DNA of 58,825 nt, filler included, from Sphacelaria rigidula (Eukaryota): NCBI GenBank assembly GCA_964200075.2. It is 7 parts of 7 records of this genome, joined end to end, with 100 filler letters (N's around TTAATTAATTAA, not from the genome) between each part and the next. Parts side by side here need not be neighbours in the genome. Positions count along the whole stretch, not along the records: positions 50,509 to 58,825 come from CAXNAA020011546.1; 6 more parts are not named here. The stretch is one strand, 5' to 3'. This document shows, piece by piece, positions 51,655 to 58,825 of the stretch. Every line of letters starts with the position of its first letter. Positions within the stretch are counted from its first letter, which is position 1. The notes below the pieces were generated by a model. That model ran no database searches. It saw only the letters and a list, made by a program, of their open reading frames with translations, and was not told the DNA's origin. A program made the position numbers and the translations under genes.

Positions 51655-52855
51655 CAAGCTGGGCCAGCCTAGACACGGGTTTAAGCTCTCGAAGCGATAT
51701 CTCGTCGACACGGACGAGTTGGGCCATGATCTGCATATTGTATTAATCGCCTAACCGAGGGTAAGGTGCCCATCTGCTCAAAGTTTTGGGCCCATATTGT
51801 CTCGTTGATTAAACCCCATGTCTAGTAATTCCTTTACCTGAGGGAGATAGCATCCACACTAAAATCTCTATGAAACCCCCGATCGATGCATCCAGCGGAT
51901 AACGACGAATTTTGGTGTGGACATTCCTCGGAGCACGGGGAGACGATGAATAGCCTCACCTTCACCTAATTCGTAATCTATCTCGAGATATGGCGCACAT
52001 AAGTTTCAATACTAAAATTAGTATATTACGAGCAGATGCGCTAGATTAGCTAAAAAACCTAGATATCGCGTCCCAGTTTCTGAGAGTTACGCTATGAAAT
52101 TTCGTATGGAGAACCACTAGTGCATAATGAAGCTTCCAAACACCCTTTTTTTTTTTCATTTTTAGGGGTTGTGGGGGCGGTTTTGAGGGGAAATGAACTC
52201 TGCGTTTGGGCCTCATCTCAATTTTTTAGCTCAATTTTTTTAATTGTCATTTGAAACTCAGGATGAAGAACCACAGAGGTGTGCTGAATAAAAAAAAATG
52301 GGCCCTGAGTTATTTTTTGGGGGGAGAGGTTCGGGCGTGATCGTAGAACAATGGCGGTTTCCATACTAAAACGCCCTGAACCAGTGAAAAAATAAATAGA
52401 TCAACCTGACCCACTTTATGTCGTCAATTATGCCCTAGCCACGGCCCACACAAAGTTTCAATACACAAACACCAAACGTGGGCCGGTAGGTGGCCTGCAA
52501 ATACTGTTCCGAATTTCTTCTGACCCCGTCACTAAACGGCCCAGTATACGGCCAATACTTAGAGTCGTCCCCTGAAATTTGGTATGGACAATGAATAGGG
52601 CATAATAAAAAAAATCCGTGCACACAAGGGGTTTTGTTTTGTTTTCATGAGTCAAGGGCAATAATCAGTATTCAGATATCGGTAAAATGCCCCTTACTCA
52701 TGGAAAAAAGAAGAAGAAAAAACCCTTGTGTGCCCCGATATATTTTTTATTATGCCCTTTTCATCGTCCGTACCAAATTTCAGGGTCCAACTCTGAATGT
52801 TGGCCGTATAATGGGCCTGCAAACTATAGAATCGCTTCTCGGCTGGCCCAGCTCG
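51655..52855. mobile_element. Non-autonomous TIR element, ~1.2 kb, TA-flanked (TIR C(A/G)AGCTGGGCCAGCC); relatives at 29665-~31470 and 50509-50630 (inverted)
   Basis: TA|CAAGCTGGGCCAGCC ... GGCTGGCCCAGCTCG|TA. The left ~700 bp is colinear with 29665-29840 plus 30930-31450. There is an internal hairpin at ~52538-52818. Confidence 0.8.
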
Positions 52856-53977
52856 TATGACAAAATGGAAAAATGGTTTCAACACCATTTTTTACTGTTA
52901 CCGTGGCCACGTATACTACATCCAACCCTTGGAAAATGGTCCAAATCTACCGTATTTTTTACCTTTAGTGAAGCCAATTCGCGTAAAAACGTGCCTCCGG
53001 CACGACTCCTCCGGTGAGGCCGGGGTGTACTCATGATTGGGGGGGGGGGGACTTTTTGGCTTACGGCTGCGCCGCTCGATGACCAAACCATCATGTGCCA
53101 TTTTACTGGTTGATAATTGCGTTACGCGTAACCATTCAAGTAGTTAATGATCAGACAAGCCATTTCCGAGCTCTAATAAATGAGGTGAAGCCAACTCTAA
53201 CGTTCACGTTGAAGCTAACGCTAATGCCAACGCTGACCCCGACCAACGCGTAAGAGAAGCCTCAGCGCGCGGGGTGCAGAGGCTGCCCAAGGTAGGTGAA
53301 GTGTGCGTTGGCAGACCTCTAATTGGCGCTGGGTTTGACACCACCATGTTTCGGGCGAGCGAGGAGCATTGCGCACTGTGAGATCTAGATCACGTAGCAA
53401 CCATTAGGCCAAACTCTTACTGGGCGCCGTTCGAAAAAAGCATCACCGTGTTATGCCTGCCGTGGTTCTGAATGGGGACCAGAAACCACACTTTTTTGGC
53501 ACAAAGTAGTTGGAGTTGTACAAATTGGTGTTGTGCACCTGGACCACAGCACCCGAAAAAGACACAACGGCTGCACAGCCATCACGTGACTTTTTCATCT
53601 TTGTTTCAACAGGATTTTGTTTCGACCCAAAATCTGTACAGACCGGACCAGCGGCAGTACAGCATCTCAGCCAATATCGAGCGTACACCAAACCGCGTGT
53701 TTGTAGGGTTCAAACGCACTATAGTCAGTACAACCACTGAGTCATATGCTACGATAGGGAGGGGGAGGGGGGGGGGTGCTCGATTCCACGAAAAAATGGG
53801 CTCATAGGTGCGTCAGACGACCCAACACACTCGCGGTGCGCTTGTGTATTAGTAATAGCGATGTCAAACAGTATGAAAAGAGCGTTACGAATCGGAAGCA
53901 AGCGCGTTCGAACTACCGTTGCTGCTATCAACGACAATTGCAAGTAGAATTTCATGAAAGAATACGGCCAAAAATAC

Positions 53978-56064
53978 CAGGGTTCTGCACGTTACACGTT
54001 CACGGTACATTAAAAAAAGAAATAACGTTTACGTCACGTTACGTATGTCACGTTAAATAAAATTTAACGTTACGTTAACGTTTCATTTGAAAAATTAACG
54101 TTACGTTAACGTTTCATTTGAAAAATTAACGTTACGTTCACGTTACGTTCATCACGTGAAGAAAATTAACGTTAACTTTTGTTAGATGTAACGTATTATG
54201 AATCGTTTTCAATGTCTCGTGTAACGTCTAATATAACGTTACGTTGACACATAAAACGTTGGAATTTAACGTGTCGTGTAGCGCGGGATGTTTACCGTGT
54301 GCGTGACGCTGACGGTGACCCGTTGGCTACTGCTTATGTATCAAAAAGCCTCCATGAAAAAACGAGTTTTCTGATAAATTAACAAAACTGCACTTCTTAT
54401 GTATTCAGAAAACGCGTTATTTTATTGAAGTTTTCTGAATACATTTTCCGATGGTCCAAATTTATTTGAAAATCAGGATTTTATGATCGCTTTGGGCTAT
54501 CGAAAAATGGTACTTGAAAAGCGTGCGAAATCCCACCGCACGCCAACACACCCTCCAGCCCACGATAGCAGCCATGGTGGCTTGGCTGCCATCACCACTG
54601 CTGTCGCTGGTGCTCGCGGGCAGTCAGCGTCTTTCTTCATTATCCTTCGCTCGCCAGTATCATGGTGGCCCTTAACCCCATGAGAATAGCATAGGGCAGC
54701 GTCGATGACGAGTGCTGTACAAGCACTCTGTACAGTAGTATGTAGCTGCACAGACAGTATTGTAGCTCAGTTCAAGTCTGTGAATGCAGCGTGTTGCGAA
54801 CAGCACTCGAATGCAGTACAGACTGCCCACGCACCCAAGACTTGTAGAGACAGGACCGCGCTGACTGTAAACACAAGACCACAGGGTAAGCAGTGCTACT
54901 GCTGTAGTGTCTACAGGGCTTGGGTGCTTGGGCAGTGTGTACGACTACTGTATTCGGGTGCTGTTTGCAACACGCTGCATGCACAGACCTGAACTGAGCT
55001 ACAATACCGTGCAAACTACATACAGAGTGTCTGTACAGCACTCGTCATCGACCCTGCCCTGTTCTACTCTCATGGGAGTAAGGGCCATCACGCTACTGGC
55101 GGGCTTATGACAATAAAGCAACACGCTGACTGCCCGCGAGCACCAGCGATAGCAGCGGTGATGGCAGCCAATGCATACAATACAGTACTGTTGTGTGTGC
55201 TGTTGTCCGTGCTGTCCTTCCAGTCAAGTACTATCGTGCAGTGTAAAAGAACAACCGTCACTTCTACAGCCCGTGAGTACAGCAAGCCGGTGTTGGTATT
55301 GATCGTCTTGCGTCACACAGCCCACTTTGTATTGCTCAGGCAATATATCACAATAGTACAGACAGTCGGTACGGACCGTACATCACGACACGACAGTAGA
55401 GGGCTACATCTCTCTCGCGCCCCAGTATTTGAAATTATGCCCGCACACCTCATAGAAAACGATGAACACTGCGTTTCCAATTTTAACAGTGCGTCGATCA
55501 CGCAAGAAGGAATACTTTGAAAATTTATGTGGAAAATCGCGCTGTGGAAAAAAGGCTTTTCTAAGAACGCGTTTTTTAAACATGAGAATTAGCCTTGAAT
55601 GTGGTCGAGATGATTATGATGCTATGATGCAGTGCTGCAACGATACCTTGGAATGTGAGGTGCGGTGGGGAGAGCGCGAAATTGCTGCAAGAGTACGATA
55701 CATATACTGTACCATGGTCATTCAAACTCGCTCGTGTTTATTGAAGCACAATCTTCTAGGATTTTAAAATTCATGGCAACCTTGAAGTGTCACCACTTCA
55801 TGTGACGTGTTCATGACGTTTCATGTAACGTGTTACGTGTAATAGACGTTACACGTTACATGAACCGTTTCATATGACGTGATTTGAACGTTTGGGCAAT
55901 TTAATGTTCACGTTACGTTACGTATGTCACGATTAAAAAATTGAAATTACGTTAAAGTTTCATTTGAAAATTTAACGTTGCGTTCACGTTACCTTAACGT
56001 GAAAAATGAAAACGGCCAAAACGTTACGTGTAACGCTGTGGCACGTGTAACGTGTAGGCCTCTA
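53978..56064. mobile_element. hAT-like non-autonomous element with AACGT/ACGTT subterminal arrays
   Basis: Ends CAGGGTTCTGCACGTTACACGT and ACGTGTAACGTGTAGGCCTCTA, with an imperfect ~8-bp flank duplication (AAAAATAC / AAAAATCC). Dense ACGT motifs at 53985-54280 and 55800-56055. Confidence 0.6.
54582..55171. repeat. Long imperfect hairpin (~270-bp arms, ~55-bp loop)
   Basis: TTGGCTGCCATCACC...GTAGA pairs with TCTAC...GGTGATGGCAGCCAA. Confidence 0.9.
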
Positions 56065-56636
56065 AAAATCCCCCCTCCCCCTATCGTAGCATCACTCAAC
56101 TACAAAACAGAAATGATGGATGTGGGCAGGAATCGTATCGGTCCTTGATTTTACAAACAACACTACGCATCTAACACACCATGATGGCGCTTACGGCAGT
56201 GTGTACCGACGGGGACACAACAGTACAGCAGTTCAGGCGATCCTGAGCGCAGATCAAACCGTCTTTGCAGGGCACCACACTACTGTGTGAGCTACAGGAC
56301 TAGGTGTCAGACAGCAGCTCAGGTAATTCGAACAGAGACCAGACAGTTTTTTCAAGGTCTAAACACACGACAATGCGGTGACAGGTGGTGCAGCACATGT
56401 GAGACTCGTATCTGTGTGCTGTAGTGCAGTAAAACATGACATGTCCCTTATTTTACGTCTTGTGCCACATTTAAGCCAGGACCTCAAGCGTTTGGAATTG
56501 TCCACCGATTCTGAGCGCTCAGCTGAAATTTAGGTCCTGTCAAGGGTCTGTCGGGAAAAGATTTTCTGACACGAAGTTCCCCCCTGCCCCTCTCGGGGGA
56601 CAATTTTTCCGAAAATTGGGATTTTGTCTTGTCAAT

Positions 56637-56723
56637 AGAGGTATCTCAAACTCGAGGCTCCTGGTATGTTTCACTGTAGTTTGTAGTCAAATATGCTGGA
56701 AACCTCAAGTTTGAGATACCTCT
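56637..56723. mobile_element. 87-bp MITE (AGAGGTATCTCAAAC TIR) with AAT TSD; a lone end occurs at ~26333-26350
   Basis: AAT|AGAGGTATCTCAAACTCGAGG...CCTCAAGTTTGAGATACCTCT|AAT. Confidence 0.75.
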
Positions 56724-58092
56724 AATATTGTGTTTCCTTTTTCCAAAAAACAATAATACAATCCGAAAAACAATAATTCAACCCCAACCACTCCCAACCA
56801 AAAAATGAAACCCATATCCCAACAAACAATAATGAATGAATTAGTTCATTTTACTTTTATTATCGAAGGAATCGATAAAGAAATACTGACAAAATAAACG
56901 GAAAATTCTGGTGGGCTTTGCGAGATTCGCATGTTTTCTTCTGCTCCTCACCCGCTCTGTCCCGATGACCTCGGGTGCCGGTCACGGTCACACACATGTA
57001 TGCACACGAGCGCACGGTAGCGACAGCCTGCAGCCAAAGTAGCAGCATAATCTCACGCCTCGCCAAACTCGCCCGGACTACTGGTGGGTGCTCGAGGTAC
57101 GCGACACAGAACATGATTCCATAAATGTAATTAGGGTAAGTGATGAGCTTGGGGGGGCGGCGTGTGCGCCATGTCATCGATCTTCATACCGAGGATCTCT
57201 GTAGACGGCAGCTGACCGCATCCGCCAACGCCTCGGCGATAAACTACGGGATAGCAGGCTGGGTGTCCCCCCCGCCCTTACCACCCACCCCCCCTTTCCA
57301 CAGAAACTCAGATTTTCGGTTCTGGGACCTACGTGTCAATAATTGTTTTCAACAGACCCTTGGGTCTGTTCAGAAATCTGGCGGTTTCTTTTCTTCAAAA
57401 CCACCACGATTTTGTTCGATAAAAATGTTTTTTGCTACCAACGGGTAAATGTTTTTGAAAATAAAATTCGAACGATCGCCATTACAGTCTCTACTAGACC
57501 CCTAGGGCAGGTCATCTGGTCATTGAGTGGTTTTCCAGTAAAAGTGATGCTGATTTCCCAGATGACCTATTCTCGCGGTCGAAGGGTAAATTGGGGCTGT
57601 GCTCCTACCGTACCTTAATCATGTTTTTGTCATAATCGTCGACTGCAGCGCCGATTCAAGGCCGGGAAAGCATACCTTACCTAGGGAACACTTTGCACCC
57701 GCCTTGCCCAAGGGCTCTTGGTATGCCTCCGTTGGGGTGCAGGGTAGGGTTGAGGTTAGAGTTAAGTGATTCCAAGTTATATAATTTCCGACGAAGTTCT
57801 TCACGCTACCAAGTGATGAATTAACCTTGGCACACACTCGCTGTTTCCACCCGTGGTGTCCACGTTTTTTGGTGACCCGTACTTGTCCACAAGGGCGTAT
57901 CTTCGTGCTACGAGAAGTGTGTCGGCTCACTGTACAGGATGCAAACAGCACTCCACTCCGTTGTATTGTACCACGATGCGGTGGTGCGCCGACTACCGAG
58001 TTAGGGATGTTATTAACGCGTCTATTTCCCCCAGAATATTTCCGGATTTTCGGGGAAGAAAAATATCCGGAAAATGCGAGATCAAATCATCG

Positions 58093-58512
58093 AAATTGAG
58101 GACGGGGATTTTCATTGAGGATAATAACCCCAAAGCAAATCTTCGTATCCAGACTAATTATTCTAAATATGGTTATATTCCTTCTTTGCCTACTGGTAGC
58201 TATTGATATCTATTACTTCGCACCAAATAAAGTCGGATTCCGATGGCCGAAAATTTGGTACCCTATGGGAAAAAACAATTCTAGTGAATTTCGGGGGCTC
58301 GATCGGATCACCTAAAGTCCCCGCAATTGTTTTCACATCCAGCACCCCCAAATTTCGGCTATCGGAAAACAAAGTTGTACGGCATGTATTAATAGTAATT
58401 GTCAATAGCTACCAGTAGGTGAAGGAATGCATCCATATGTCAAAGAAGTGTTCTTGGTACGAAGATTTTAATTTTCGGGGCTATTATCAATGAACAGTTC
58501 CATTCTCAATTT
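58093..58512. repeat. Diverged hairpin (~210-bp arms), MITE-like
   Basis: CCTACTGGTAGCTATTGA pairs with TCAATAGCTACCAGTAGG, and AAATTGAG pairs with CTCAATTT at the ends. Confidence 0.75.
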
Positions 58513-58825
58513 TGAAAATCAGTTATCGATTTCTGTTTAAGCCGGAAATCTACAATCCTCGACAAAAAAGTATTGATTCATGTCTGAGACTGCTTCTTAT
58601 GGCAAACCAAAAATCAAAAGAACACAGAGTTCGTCACTTCTTGTCTGGAGTTTTTTTCCGACTAGCCCAAAAAAATATCAAACTTCTTGTGTGGAGAAGA
58701 CGAAAAAACGACGATCCTACAGTCAATACGTTTATGGATTTTGTCTGAGCAAACAGCTCAAAACAGCCAATCATCTATGTTGAGGATGGTGCTATTGATT
58801 GAGGATGAGAACCCGGAGGATTAAA

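Larger units (their letters stand above)
53748..56090. mobile_element. MITE with GCTACGATAGGG.AGGGG termini, carrying nested insertions
   Basis: GCTACGATAGGGAGGGG at 53748 and CCCCTCCCCCTATCGTAGC at 56090. The same termini bound 35267-35508, and one end occurs at ~8445-8460. Confidence 0.7.

Noticed and set aside
51242..51736. 164-aa minus-strand ORF
   Set aside because: It starts inside a TIR element and has no recognisable motif or convincing splice structure.

Overview
This is repeat-rich eukaryotic DNA, most likely from a brown alga or other ochrophyte. That call rests on a FabZ precursor with a signal peptide plus A|F plastid-transit motif, GT-AG introns, and many LINE, SINE and MITE remnants. 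The window is not one locus. It is seven scaffolds of 8319, 8319, 8318, 8318, 8317, 8317 and 8317 bp, sorted by length and joined by artificial 100-bp N44-TTAATTAATTAA-N44 spacers, so nothing can be linked across the spacers. The one confidently named gene is plastid-targeted fabZ (two exons, minus strand, 3' exons absent). There is also a probable first exon of a single-pass membrane protein, a few orphan exons and three decayed multi-exon pseudogene-like tracts. The rest is mobile DNA: RTE-type and other LINE fragments, a decayed Ty1/copia element, a tRNA-headed SINE family, several non-autonomous TIR families (TA, AAT and ~8-bp TSDs), many long hairpins and a 42/84-bp minisatellite. The most interesting structures are a ~2.2-kb nested foldback that fills almost a whole intron of a decayed Cys/His-rich gene, a three-level nested TIR element, and an AGAG...CTCT family with AAT target duplications. 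I found no convincing novel multi-gene system. All calls were made by eye, with no database searches.
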